DNA of 64,000 nucleotides from Selaginella moellendorffii (lineage: Eukaryota; Plantae; Lycopodiophyta). The notes below the pieces were generated by a model that saw only the letters and a list, made by a program, of their open reading frames with translations, made no database searches and was not told where the DNA came from. A program made the position numbers and the translations under genes. Within the stretch, counting starts at the first letter, position 1. Each line of letters begins with the position of its first letter. Positions 23,721-38,044 of this stretch are shown one piece after another. The DNA is taken from NCBI RefSeq assembly GCF_000143415.4, contig NW_003314268.1, positions 1,938,494-2,002,493 on the forward strand. The letters are read 5' to 3'.

Positions 23721-25989
23721 CGAGTGCTAAGGTTTGTTTTTTTTTTTTTTTGTCTTCTCTAAGGAACTTTCTTGAGTTTAAGTTGCTGTTCTTGATGAAG
23801 GTGGCACAATCACATCAACTACTCAATAAGATTGTCTGGAGAAGAATTGAAGATTACCATTGCTGCCTACGACTGAGTCCCTGGAGTGGATAAGCTGGTG
23901 ATGAATGCAACGATGGACCTTGCCTCGCAGCTTATACTGCATGAGAAGCCCAAGAGCTTGCTGCATTACTACAAGGCCATGGAGCTGTCCACAAAGTTCA
24001 ATTTGTTTCTCACAGAAGATTTGGCCTCCCATCGATCACAACATGGTCAGGTGCTACCAGCATTTTGGACAAATATTCACAGGTTATACTTCCCACCAAA
24101 GGATCAACTACAAGGAAATAAGTTCAAGAAAAACAAAGAGAAAACTCACAAGGATCTGGATCTCACCCAGCAATGCACAAATCGAAACAAAACTTTGGGA
24201 ATTGTAAGAGCTGGACTTTGATTCTCCTTGAGAGTTTTCAAGAAGATCTGTCCACTAGGATGAATATTGCAGTGATAGATTCACGTTTTAAACACCACCT
24301 ACATTTTCCAACAAGAGATAAGATCTTTGAATTCTTCCTCCTTTCCACATTATCTTGAGAGGCTTTAATGGATAATCACTGGGGAGGCTAATGTTGACCT
24401 TATAAAGGGATCCTATGAGATCAAGAAGAATTTCTTCAAAAGTTGAGAATTGAGCTAAGAAGTCTACCTGATGGACTGACGATTGTGGAGACCCACTCAT
24501 AGAAATTATTGGCCTTTGGACTAGCAAAGCAATTCTCTAGTGGATCTCTGTGAGCTCAGTTTGGATTTGCTTCACCCCACTGTGCCAAACCACTCATAAC
24601 CTTTTGGAGTAGATTGTAAATCAGCTGTTTACAAACATTTTTAATTCATTAATTATTTTATTAATATTATTATTGAATTAATAATGAATGAATTAAATAA
24701 TTATAATTAAATATTAAATTAGCTGATTCTGCTAATTTACAATCTTTTATTTCTATCCACTTTGATACACATGCTGCAATGTGAACAATACTCAGCAAAG
24801 GACATTCAACCATTCCCCACTTGGAGCATGTCGGGATTTGCAAAAGAGAAGCTTGAGAAATTTATGCAAAGCCAACCATTGATCTCACTGTTCCAGCCTC
24901 TGGGATGCCCACAAATTGTTGGCATCCGCTAGCAACTCTATACTGCAAGCAAAACTGGTCATAGAAGGGAAAAAGAAGAAGAGCTAGGAGAACTTTACCA
25001 TGGCTATCTATCTTTAGTGATGTCTGTCAGCTATTCACATACTTCCCAGCCTAGATGGTTGGCTGATCTGCTCCCCTATGCACAGAAACATGAGCTCTTA
25101 TATTGCAAGAGATAGCAAGAAAAAAAATTAATTACCATTCACACATTGCATAGAAGATAGGATGTTTGCTTTTGTTGAGAGCCTCACTCACTGGGTTTTG
25201 TGGTGGTGTTGCTCCATTTCTTAGATGCAAACATTGTTTGCATGAGCATGAGAAGGCTGATTTTTCTTGTGAAAGCAATTGTCATACTTGAGATAGTTGA
25301 TTCCCTATACAAGAAGAAATAACTCAATTGACATGTTGAAATGGAACAAAATCAGCATGTTTACTGTACTTGTGTCTTGAAACTCGTGGCCCTTTGAAGC
25401 CACTCAATGGCATTTACAAGTCATTCTCCTGGAAAATGTCTACAGATGATAAGTTGTTCATTGGAAAAAAAAAACTCTCTACCTTCCAGTAAATTTGACC
25501 AGATCACTACCTGTACTTTTGAGATCCACATTGAGACCTTTCGACTTTCCTATCACTACCACATCCTTGATTTTTGTATGGACAAAAAATGTTTTCTATT
25601 CTACGTCTTCTTCCACAATTGTGCAACTGACCTCTTCCAGAATAAGATGTGAAGAATATATATGTATATGTATACCGGATGAATGGTAGAATGCTTTTCA
25701 AGTCGATCTGGGGGAAATCTTGAGCGCCTGGCAGCCTTTGGACAGCACTATTGTGATCAGATGGTCTGTTCACAATTCCACAAGTGCCATGGGAAGTCAG
25801 AGGTCTCTTTGACGGCATCTTGGAGTACAAACTGGACAGTAAAGGAAATATTCATGAGCACAAGGTATATAACGTAAGGAGCAATGCAATCATGCAGCAA
25901 ACCTCATGGTGTGCAGCCGCGGTGATAAGCTCTCCTGGAAAAATGCATTGAAAAAAACTGATTTACCCTAACAAAAAAACGTTTCACCC

Positions 25990-26113
25990 TAAACTGTGTT
26001 TTTGCCATGTGTTTTCATCTCCACCATTAAGCTTGAAAAGAATCTCGATTGAATATGTCACCCTTGCTCTTTTAAATATAGAAGGACTAGCAAAAGTCCC
26101 AGCTACGCTGGGA
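25990..26113 (-). mobile_element. Helitron 3' terminus (CTAG 26087-90, hairpin 26097-113) joined directly to a TC-initiated type B 5' module
   Basis: The minus strand reads TCCCAGC-gta-GCTGGGA cttttg CTAG|TCCTTCTATATTTAAAAGAGCAAGGG. Confidence 0.8.
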
Positions 26114-29100
26114 GCATTGTGTTTATTTCTGATATTTTAATAATTTCAAAGAGTTGTAAGCGTATTTGTAATTTTTAACATAATCATANNNNNNNNNNNN
26201 NNNNNNNNNNNNNNNNNNNNNNNNNNNNNNNNNNNNNNNNNNNNNNNNNNNNNNNNNNNNNNNNNNNNNNNNNNNNNNNNNNNNNNNNNNNNNNNNNNNN
26301 NNNNNNNNNNNNNNNNNNNNNNNNNNNNNNNNNNNNNNNNNNNNNNNNNNNNNNNNNNNNNNNNNNNNNNNNNNNNNNNNNNNNNNNNNNNNNNNNNNNN
26401 NNNNNNNNNNNNNNNNNNNNNNNNNNNNNNNNNNNNNNNNNNNNNNNNNNNNNNNNNNNNNNNNNNNNNNNNNNNNNNNNNNNNNNNNNNNNNNNNNNNN
26501 NNNNNNNNNNNNNNNNNNNNNNNNNNNNGATGTTAAAAATATATTTAATATATATTTAAAAACTCACTTAAAGTGCAAACATCTTTTAAATCTAAAAAAT
26601 ATAAACATTGTTATGGAGTTTCTCTATTCATCATTTCAGACTGAAAGTTTTGGAATTGCATAATAATAAGTGAAAGACGTTAGCTTTATGTGTTATATTT
26701 TCTTTTAATAACTTTTAATATTTTACATATTTATCATTGATACTCCCTTTTTACCTAATATTTATATTCATGCATTTTGAGAGTAATATTTAAAAAAAGA
26801 AAGTATTCTATTATATATCATAAACATTATTTCTGTATTTATTTTTATAAATCTAAACTAATATTATTATTTATTTATATTCATGCTTTTATATTTAAAA
26901 TTAAGGCTTTATAACACTGTTATGAATGCTGAAACTTTATGATGATAAATGAATGGTAATTTTTTACTCTATACTGGGCTAGAGTAGGGTTTGATGATAT
27001 ATAATCTTGTCTTTATGCTAGGGCTATAATATATCAGAAAATTCATAAATGGTATATAGATAGGTTTAATATCATATAATTAAAATTCTGTATATGGTCC
27101 ATGTACTAATGTTATCTCAATCATATTTATACCTTATTATGTTTTCATGTATAAATGCAATGTAGGATAAAGTGGTAGAAAATTTATGATATTATATAAA
27201 TCTTAGACTACATCTTAGCCAACCATAAGTTTACTAATGAGAAAATATTTTACACAACAAATATCTAGAACTATTAACTCCTCTATTTTATGTAAGAAAA
27301 TATCATATTTTTATAGAAATTAATTTTTTTATATTCTAATTTAGATACTTTTTTTCTTTTATTATATTTAGTACTATTTAAAATTTATTTAAAAATATTC
27401 CTTAAAGTTACTTTTTTTTTTTTTGATTTATTTTTTCCATATTTGTATTTGATATACTGTCCCTTCATAATATTTACATTTATGCTTTTTAGAAGTACTA
27501 TCTAAAGGTTAAGGTATTATATTTTATATCCTTAAGATTCTTTGTATATATGTTTCTATATAGAGAGAATGCTAAAATGAATTAAGATTTTTACCTTTAT
27601 TTTTAATTTATTTTTATACAAATTTACATTGAGACTAAAATATTTCAATGAAAGTTATGTTTTTATCCTGATATTATGGTATTGATGATTCATAATATTG
27701 TTTTTTTCCTAAAACCATAACATATCAGAAAATTAAAAAAAGGTCCATTGATTGCTTTATTAAAAATAAAATTTTAATTGATGAGGAATCACATTTTTTA
27801 AGATGGTAGCCTTTTGTATTTGTCTAATATTGTCTCAATGATATTTTATGTATCTGTTTTCCATGTATCAATGCACAAATTATTAGTGTAAATAACAGAC
27901 TTATTACACATTCATCAATGAATCTACTCATATTGAGTTGTCTCTTAGCTTAGATATAGTCTCATATTTGTGCAATATCATAAAGTTAAAAATCATAAGA
28001 TTATGATAAAAGTATAACTTATTTACAAGATATAATAGCTGGAGCTATTCAACTCTTCTATTTTAAGTTATAAAATATATCATTTCTATAGTCACTACTT
28101 AATTTACTTTTAACTTTATAGTATATCTTTTATTGTGTGTACTATATACCATCTTTGTAAAGATGTTATGTTTAATTTTAATAATGTAGCATTGAATTAA
28201 TCAGATACTCTTTGTTCTATAAAGTTTTTATTCTATAGAAGAAAGAGTATATGATTGATTTGAAAATACATGTTTAAACATATTGAACATATTTTTTGTT
28301 TTAAATATATCATACATAGTAGACATAATAAAAAAATTCATCAATGAATACCATCTTTGTACAACTAAATGTTTAAAATCATTTGAACCTAGTGCATTAT
28401 ATTATCTTGGATCAGTTGTCTAATTGCCTTCTATATGTATTATGATATCATTTATGCCTCCTTGAAAATTTGTTAATTTTAACACTTCATTCTCTATTTC
28501 TTACAATATTGTGAATGCATTAGTATAGGGATTTATCTCTTNNNNNNNNNNNNNNNNNNNNNNNNNNNNNNNNNNNNNNNNNNNNNNNNNNNNNNNNNNN
28601 NNNNNNNNNNNNNNNNNNNNNNNNNNNNNNNNNNNNNNNNNTTGCTCATTGCATTTAGAATTGTGTTTGTTTTTTTATTTTTATCTCCGTTGCTTGAGCA
28701 GTATCTAAAATATTTCATTATGAATAAGCTGCATATTTTTCATTATTGGGTTTGAAACTTCCAATATTTATATATATATATATATATAAAATTAGAGCCA
28801 CCTACTGCAATGATCAATGAGGCTCTTTCATTTAAATATATTGGATGATTAGTGAAAGATCTCGATTCAACTTTGATCTTTATTTATATATCAATAAACG
28901 TTTTACAATTCTTTCTTTACATTTCAACTCCCTCGTTTTCCTTTTCGTTCCAACTTGTTTTCATTCTGCATTTGTTCTCGGCAGCCACTGAAAATGTTTT
29001 CCAGCCATAGACATAAGAGATGTTGATGTCCGGAGAATACAAAAAAGAAAAACGCAAGCAAATGAAGTTAGTAATGGTGAAAAGGAAATAGGAACTTACT

Positions 29101-29369
29101 GCTGGCATTTTCTTTTAAGCCACTTGAACTTTCTTGTTCTCAAGGCTGGGAGCACTCCTTTTCACACCACTCCTTCACAGCTTGTCGGTCTTAATGCTGC
29201 AATTTTTGACAAATCCATGGGTGTTGCAGAACCTGATCGAACCTGAACCTGATTGGTCCTTGCTTGTTTGCAGCGGAGGATCTCCTTTCTAAGATGTTGG
29301 CCGTGGATCCGAAACAGAGGTCGCCCCCTGTCACATGAGATCAAATGCTTCCATTGGCTGGTATCCTCC

Positions 29370-29660
29370 CTTTCCCAGCGTCTTGTATAAAATTGCTCCT
29401 AGCCCCCACATTTCGATGGCTGCCATGTAGAGCTCCAATCCTTGTTCTCCACCACCTCAGCTGCCATGTACTTTGCTGTTGTGATATCTCCTAAAGGTGT
29501 TGATCACCACTTGTCATGCATGTTTAGCTTGGAAAGAATGTTGTCGAGCTTGAGATTCTGGTGAACCACGCCCCTCAAATAAATCTCTTTGAAGGTCTTT
29601 ACCAGCTGCTTGATGATTCTGGCTGCTTTCTCCTCACCAATCTTCTCGCAAATATGCTAT
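29370..29660 (-). pseudogene. Ser/Thr protein kinase fragment (CAMK-like), heavily decayed
   Basis: EEKAARIIKQLV..GVVHQNLKLDNIL..YMAAEV..MWGLGAILY corresponds to decayed subdomains VI-IX. Confidence 0.6.
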
Positions 29661-29729
29661 ATTTAAAAGACCAAATAATTATGGAATAACGCCTTAAGAA
29701 GGGAAGGCAAAATTTCCACCAACGAACAC

Positions 29730-30135
29730 AACCACTGGAGGAAAAATGCCTGTGCCCTGTCCAAAAGGAGACTTGGACAACACCACAAAGTCAGCAAACT
29801 TTCCTGGCGTCAGCGACCCAACCAAATCCTCCAATGCAGCTGCATACACAGCCGAGGATGTGTACCTGTGAATCCAAAAACAAAAACTGCATTTCAGTTT
29901 CTCATCTGTTATCTCTTACCCTGCCACTACGTCCCATGCAGAAATCCTTTCCTCGGGATGACTCCAGCCTGAAGTGTTCTCTCCATAGCTGTGCGGATTC
30001 CTCCAAGTTGATTCACTGCTACCACCTTGAGACAAACCATTCATGTAACGCCGAAGAAAAAGTATTTGAGGGGCTTACAGGCCAGTCAGATCCTAGAGCA
30101 ACCACACTACCGTTTCCGAGGAGGGAAATCATTGC
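29730..30135 (-). pseudogene. LAF3/YtcJ-like amidohydrolase C-terminal fragment
   Basis: Reads SLLGNGSVVALGSDWP | ..IRTAMER.. | YTSSAVYAAALEDLVGSLTPGKFADFVVLS. Confidence 0.8.
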
Positions 30136-30496
30136 ACTTCACCAGTTTATACCCCTCTTTGTGGCAAGCCTGTAGCTTTTGCATTATAGAAGTGTAAAGT
30201 AGGGACCATGTATTAGCACCCACTCTGCAAAAGAGAGTCGATTAGGAAGGATTCTAGCAGTGTATCACCTTTTCACGTCCGTGTTCACAGAAGATTATAA
30301 AGAAGGTAAACTAACAAAAAAAAGCACATTACTGAAAAACAATCTTTTGTATTGTGTAGACAAAGAAGAAACAACTGATAATCCAGAAGAACAAAAAAAA
30401 AGTGAGGCTGTGTAATAAAGACTTTGTGAAACTTTAATAATTATAGGAAGAGCAGGTATGGATATCCATGGTTTCTTTGAACTCCTCTTTGCTCGG

Positions 30497-31760
30497 TTAG
30501 CTTTTACTACGGCCTTTTGGACGTGCTGTGGTTTCCTCCTGTGATGCTTTCCTTCCTGGTATTAGAGAGTAACTGAGGATGTAAGATTGCACTGCCTGAG
30601 CAAAGCCAGGCTTGTACGAGAAGAGCAGCCCACGGAAGAGCTTCCCATCGATGGAGGCTTCTAGCGTGTATCCGTAGTTGAATACGTCGCTTACTCTAGC
30701 CTCGAACATCTTCTCGCCTAGCGGCTGAACGTGAGCTTGAAACTCTGTAGCATGAGTTTGACAGAGAAAATTTGGAGAGGTCCAAGGTTTTCTGCAGATA
30801 CCTCCGTGAGATGAAACCAAGCTCTTGTCCACATCCCGTTGCTTGTCTAGCACGAATAGTGTGGCATGATACTCTTGCCGCCTTCTCTTAAGTTCCTTAC
30901 GCATGGGTAGCTTTGGTTCTGATGGATCTTTCTCCCTCAGCATCTTTTCACAGAAAAACAGCAACCATATTGTCAGCAGCAATGTCAATAAAAGAAGAAG
31001 CCAACCTGTGTCGAGGAAATACATGTCATCCAGAGCTTCAAGCTCTTCGTCGTCTTTACCTCCCGCCATGCCATTGTTTCTGGAAACACAAATGAATTCA
31101 CAAGTTTAAAACCAGAACAATGTATGTACCTGTGTCCAGAATATGAATGTCGTATAGATAGGCATTACCACCGTTCTCGCCACCCATGACAATGCAACAG
31201 TTCTTATTATGGATATCCCGAGGAATAGGCGACCAGGAAAGATAACAGGATATTACTCGTGTTCAAAACATGGAGGTCGTTGTAGTACTCCTCCTCTGAG
31301 GGATCGCTGGATTTCCCACATCCCCCAAACACTAACAGGTTGTCACCGATGAGAGATGTGCTATGTCCTTCTCTCGGAGCAGGAACATCACCAAAAACGT
31401 CGGGTTTCCCCCAGGTGTTGGTAGCTGCATCGGATGATAAGAACAAGAAAAAAAATTTGATAGAACTCGCTTACCAGTATCCAAAACAAAGAGATCATCT
31501 AGCGGGCTGGTTCCATCGGTACCACCAAACACATAGAGCTTAGACCCGACGGCCGTGGAGCTGTGGCTGTCCCAAGGAGAAGGGTGCGTTCCTTTCATCA
31601 CAGGCTTGCTCCAGATGTATGTCCCTGCACGATCCCACCAAAACACGATCAAAACCATATTTCCGGTTGAATAGCGAAGAGCAAGAGAGTGGAAAACCTT
31701 GATTCTAGTCATGGTTCCAGCCTCGAGAACCTGGAACAAACAGGGACTTGAGAGACTCAA
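30497..31760 (-). pseudogene. Kelch-repeat protein, 5'-truncated and internally deleted
   Basis: Kelch repeats PSPWDSHSSTAVGSKLYVFGGTDG and PAPREGHSTSLIGDNLLVFGGCG, plus a C-terminal FEARVSDVFNYGYTLEASIDGKLFRGLLFSYKP. No start exon, and repeats are missing near 31200. Confidence 0.75.
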
Positions 31761-31840
31761 AAAAAGAATGGCAACGAGCGAGAGAGTGGAGAACCTTGAT
31801 TCTAGTCATCGATGACAACGTGAATCCCCTCATTTTCCGA

Positions 31841-31841
<1 letters not shown>

Positions 31842-31876
<35 letters not shown>
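31842..31876. repeat. (CA)n microsatellite
   Basis: Seen directly. Confidence 0.9.
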
Positions 31877-31877
<1 letters not shown>

Positions 31878-34800
31878 GTCCAGATTTCTACCAATACCAA
31901 TGGCAATAGAGAATAGTTCTAGACATATTGAGAAATTATAAATTGACCAAACCTAAGAAATGTAGAATAGTTATTTGCAACATAAGAAGATAATGTAATT
32001 TTTCTATAAAAGTTTTAATTATGCAATACTCTAAAAGCAATATTCAAACTATAGTTATATGGTGAGTGAGAACCACCAAGTTCTTTATACATTTTATATA
32101 CATGAAAGAAAAACTGTCCCTTATTTGCTATTACTTGTGCCAAAAGTTTTGTTTTATTTGGGTATGTATAAAGGATCTAAAAAGCTGCTGGTGCTTCTTT
32201 TTTACGTTTTTGCTACTGTATTGACAGGCTTTTATTTTATATAATAGATAAATAATATTAAAAGCTAATTTTGCCAATGTAGAAATAATACTGTGCCATG
32301 ACAAATCATGGAAGATGAGGAAAGATAAAGTAAAATATTAAAGCTTTAGTTTACCATCCATCTGGAGATATAAATTTTTTTAATATTAATAATATTATGT
32401 ATTTCAAAAGAGTTGGAACATCTTTATATTTTATTTCTTGCTTCAAATACCAAATCCATTATCTGGTTCTAAACTAATAACTTTCTACAACCCTAATATG
32501 AAATTCTTATATTTTAATATTCAAATTCACTACTTGAGCTCTGCATTAATATTGAACTCACTAAGTAAGTTTATACAAATTTCTACCATGTTTATATTAA
32601 ACCTCACAGAAATAGAGAATGGTTCTTCGTATCTAATAAGTATAAACTATCTCATATACATACAAATATGAAATCCATTTCATAATAATATCTCAAAAAG
32701 TATCTACCTCTTATATATTTTCTATTAATCTTCTTGCTCATAACATTATATAATTTTTCAGCATCTTTACACAGATTTTATCTTTAGTTAAAATACTGAC
32801 ATATATATTAAATAAATATTTTGTTATTGCTTTGCAATTGTATTATGTCAATCCCTGAGAGTTGTTACCTAAGCATGACTAAATTATCCAGTTTTTTCAT
32901 AAGGGTAACTTAAGTTTAAATAAAATAAAGAAGTTAATTGTTTCCAAATAGAGCACAATTATGTGTCATATTTGCAAGATCCTCTGCAAAATATAGAGAA
33001 TAATATTTTTAAAATATAAAATATTAATACACCTCAAAAACCTTTCCAACCAGAACATGCTTTAGTATTAGATCAAGAATGTGTAATACATTTTGCAACA
33101 CTAAGATTACTATGAAAATTAAATGATGAAGAGACAATATACTTGTGAAAGAAAAACTTAAAATAAGGAGAAGGAAAACTTGTAGAAATAAAATTTTAAA
33201 ATACTAAAAAGTCTGGTTTATATGAACTTCTTAGTAAAAGTGATTAGGCTATAATGTAGTAGAATAGCTCTCAATTAAATATCCAGATTGATAGGAATAA
33301 TGTTTAAAATAATAAACCATACTTCATGAATTTTATAATTAGGTGATATCATGCTAGTAAGCTCTATATGCAAGCTATCATTTCAAACACATTAAAAAAA
33401 TTTAAAACATTAAACAATTTTAGTAAATATTGTCTCTAGAAAAACATTAAAAATCATATATCACTCAAAATCTTGAAACTTTACTTTTAACAAAACCATA
33501 ATAAATAAATATGCAATACAACTTATTATTTATCAAATAATATAAAGAAGGACATGATTACAAGCATACTAACATCTAAAAAATTGATATGTTCATAGTA
33601 ATATTATTCATATTTTAAATACTACATTATTGAATGTTTTATAATAATTAATAATTATATAATTAAACATGAGGTTATTTTATTTTATATTTACATTGTT
33701 GTATCAAGCCTATCATTTGTGAAGAAAATGTTATTAGTGCATTTTATTCTCTGTACTTCGTCATTATCCTATTTTAAAAATTAGAACATGGGAATCTAAA
33801 TTTTAAAGAATAGAAAATAACCATAAATTTAGGTCTAATATATTATAACAGACATCAATAATATAGTTCTATAGAAATGATATACGATTATGTATATGTA
33901 TTACATATAAAAATATTTATTTTAAAATAAAAACTATAAAAATAACATATAGATTAAAAAAATTATATATCACTAAATATTTGTTTAAATAGGAAAAAAT
34001 AAGCTAATCCCTAATATTTGTTCTAATATGTTTTTTAAATTTTCTTCTATTTTCTCAACACCGAATCTATTACCTGATATTTAAGTAAAAAACTTTTGCT
34101 AGATAAATTTTGAATTGTTAATTATTAATATACAAACTCACTTCTTGGTACATGGTTACAATATTTTTACATTTTGTAATGTTGTGAAACCCATTTTTAA
34201 CAATTTCATTTCATGTCCACTATCTAGATACCTTAAATTAAAAATGCTAATGTCTAGCAATTTCTAATCAACACGCTATGTCTAAAACTCATGAACCAAT
34301 GGCACTAAAAGAATTATATTTGTAAATTTAACTCAATTTTAAATTTTAAATATTTAAAATTTACTCCACATTAATAGTTACTAACTCGTGATGTTTAATA
34401 ATAATTTTATGGAGAACATAGATTTACTCATAACTTTTCTCTAAATAGCTATTTTTAATCATGGACAACTTCAAGAAATGAGTTTAAATATTTGCCAAAC
34501 TGGATATCTATTAAAATAAAAAAAGTATAAAAGCTAATTTAATTCAAAGTATATACTCTATAAAAGTATAGGTATTTATAAACTTCAGTTTCATTAAGAT
34601 GAGATAATGTTTCAGCTAAAACATAAATAACTAACATATTTTATAAAAATTGTATAAACTTTCAGATATATATTATTGATATTTAATTTTAATTAATTTA
34701 TAAAAAATTATTTTATTAAAATTATTTAGTAATTTACTGATTTCTATAACTATTTTAAAAAATTTATAATAAAATTATAGGAATTTCAATAAAGATAATT

Positions 34801-36239
34801 TAAAAAATTTAAACAAAAATAAGATAAAAACTTCAAAAACATATATAGAACAAGACATAGATTTAATTATTTTAATAACTTTTTTGATGAGATCATATTA
34901 AATGAATAAATATGAATAGTTATGTTTTACTTATTATTTTTTATTTAAGATTTATAATTTTGAATATAAAGATATTTTAAGTAGATAAACATTTTAGCCT
35001 ATTCAGAAAGACCACTGAAAGGAACTTTATAATTATTGTAAAATTAGTTATATATGTTGACATAATAAGTGTATGATTTTTTAGCTTCTTTACTAAAAGA
35101 AGAATATACATGGCATGATTTATTTTATCATTCATCTTGAAGTTAAAATATCAATAGATTAGTAAATCTTTGTACATATGATGTAATTATGAAAAATTTA
35201 AGCTTATCTAAAGATATTTTTAAACATAATAAGAATTTATATAATTCTACTTTAAAACATTTACAGTTTATTTAGTGAAATTATTTTTTTTAATTGTTAA
35301 TTCAGATACTATTCATCAGATTATATGAAATCTTCATACCATTACTGCACTTTTCTCAAACACTTTTTCCACTATCTACATAAATATAAAATATTAAAAC
35401 TATTTTAAAAACATTATATAAAAGCAATATATTTTAGCTGGGATTGATATTAGTTGTAAGATGAATGTTGTAGAAAATGCTAATTTGAAAATACACTTTG
35501 AACTCATAGCAACATTTTTATTTAATTTAGAGTTATCTTTAATATTTAAGTTTATTAGTAAATTCCTTAGCATTTTTAATGTAATTTTATATAACTATTT
35601 CATTTTAATATTATGTATTATATTTTAATTTATCCTATAATGCTAGAATTCTGCTATAATGCTACAATAATATTATACTTATAATTTATATCAATATATT
35701 TGTATTCTCATGTTTTTATGAAATTTTCGTTTTCTCTAGATTAAAAATTTGTGTTTTTTTATCATATCTTTAAAATTTTGTTAAACTTCGATTTTAATTA
35801 TGAACTATAATTGCTATAAATTGGCTATAAACTAATGTTGCACCAACTTTCCATATATTTTTATTATTGTGAATATTCAAGTGAAATGACTATAAAATGA
35901 TGATTAACATACATTACTCCCTCTTTCTATTTTATTCTAAAACCTTAGCAATGTACTCATCAAGAAAGCTTAACATGATTAATGGAATCACAAGTCCTCA
36001 ATCATCAACCATTTTGGAGGTTCTGGTACCATCTAGGCTTTTCAGAGTATTTACTTAATAAATATTCAGTTTTAAATGGTGATTATTCAGACAACAGTCA
36101 TGCCCTGGCATGGAATTGAAGAGAACTCGACATTCTTCCAAGTGATCTAGCTTCTGGGCCTCAACAACAATTGGTTATGCTGAGGCATGTTCTAAAAGGC
36201 CTCCATACAGACCCATTACCAAACACATAGATTTTCCTG

Positions 36240-37420
36240 CTCATTGCTTAGGATCCTGCTGCTTCTCTTTGCTCTCGTTAGCTGTAAAAGCCTGAATTCA
36301 AATACTTTATGATTTGAAAAGTACACACAAAGTGGGAACGCTGGGTTGTATTCCACCACCTGTATATTTTCGTAAAGAAATATCCCTGTCTGGCCATGAA
36401 ATATTTCATCAAGTTCAAAGCAGTAACATTGTAGTGACTCACGTGCTAGAGACTCCTGTTAGGGAGCTGAATATCACATCACCAAGAATAAGAGAGTACT
36501 TTTCAACTTCTTGTAATACAAAAGTGCAGTCAAATTTACCACCATGGCCAGCAACATCAATCAAAACACTAAAGAAAATCTGCACAATGAAAATCAAGTA
36601 AACACACAAAATGAAATTAGATCACAAATCATTACCTCATCTGGTTTCACATGTTCTTCCTTCATGTCATTGTAGATGGAAAATGATTGCTGCATGCATG
36701 AACAGCTGCTGTATAAGGCTCCGGGGATCCTTGGATTCCACGCTTGTGCATCATGGTGTAAACTACGGAGTTTCCCTGAAAAATTTGGCTGTCACAACAA
36801 AGCCACAGAAATCATAAAAACCACTTACATCTCCTGCTTTTGAGCATGCGTCCATGAGAAAACACATTATGGCGTGATTTGGATCTATAGGACTTTCAGA
36901 CTTCAACTCTGTGAAGACCTCTAATGCTCTTTTCACTGCTCCTGACCGAAGCTTTGATTAGCTACTTGAAAATGACTCAATCGGATTTTATTTTCTGTCT
37001 GACAATGGATTACATAAAGTTGCTGCTAATTGTTGAATCAAATGGCATAAACCTTTGAGAGCATGATCCTGTAAATTCCAAAAGCAATAGCGAGTTCACC
37101 AGTTTGGGTGCAGCCATCGATGATTGCTCCATATGTAAGAAAGCTGGCTTCAACACAAACACTCTATTTCACGGAAAACCTGCGCTATAACTGAGTTACT
37201 CCAACGAAGGACAGGACCAAAATTTCTTGCTTGAAAGATAAGATCCATCTTAAGAGCTATTGAATAACGTTGAGATTAGTGTAGTACAAATCATGCAATC
37301 TGGCTTACAACCAGCTTGTTTCAGCGCCTAAAAAGCTCCAAAACCCCTACACCTGGCATCCCATGTCATGTCAAAACAAGTACTTCAAAACCTTAAAAAA
37401 ATGCTTAATACCATTTACGT
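36240..37420 (-). pseudogene. MRL1-like P-class PPR gene internal fragment
   Basis: Reads AGCKPDCMICTTLIS | VEASFLTYGAIIDGCTQTGELAIAFGIY | VKRALEVFTELKSESPIDPNH..LMDACSKAG | IFFSVLIDVAGHGG. The order matches MRL1 as recalled, with frameshifts and stops. Confidence 0.7.
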
Positions 37421-37736
37421 TGCAGCAGACTGAAAGAAGCATATTATATCAACAGTCACTTTGCATAATCAAGCTATGTACTCGACATAAACCATGGAGA
37501 CTATAGGTGGCCTGTCGTAAGTCATCTCTTCTCCTCCAGTAATCCTGCTAAGCAATAAGCAACAAGTAAGCAATGCAAAGCTTACACCATATCATTCACT
37601 GTTAACTTTCACAAAGGCTGGCTTAAATTCCATGCTTGGCAGACTCTGAATCATGTAAATATGTGGTAGTTATTCTCTCTGTCCCAGTAGAGAATTTTCC
37701 TCCTCTTTAGTGCTACTGATATCAGATATAAAATCA

Positions 37737-37739
37737 TGT

Positions 37740-37785
<46 letters not shown>
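37737..37785. repeat. (TG)n(AG)n microsatellite
   Basis: Seen directly. Confidence 0.9.
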
Positions 37786-37787
<2 letters not shown>

Positions 37788-38044
37788 TTACAGTGGATCG
37801 CCACTTCACTCTTTTTTTTTTTTTTTCTCATCTAGAACATTTTACTCTTCCCTCACTGCACCAAAAAGGCTTGCAATTTTCAAAAGCAGCGGGTGAAGGT
37901 ACAGTTGAATACCCATTCTTTGTGTGGGTGGCAGCAGTGTGATAATGTGCATCAGAGAGGAGTGCCTCCACCCACTAGGTCCTGGTGCTTCCACAGCGCC
38001 CTGCAGGGAAGACCTCCCTCATTACACACACACACAAATTTTTT

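Noticed and set aside
24780-25960. Cys-rich exon-like pieces suggestive of a PHD-finger (EDM2-like) gene
   Set aside because: Too decayed to assign. Probably another captured fragment, but not supportable by eye.
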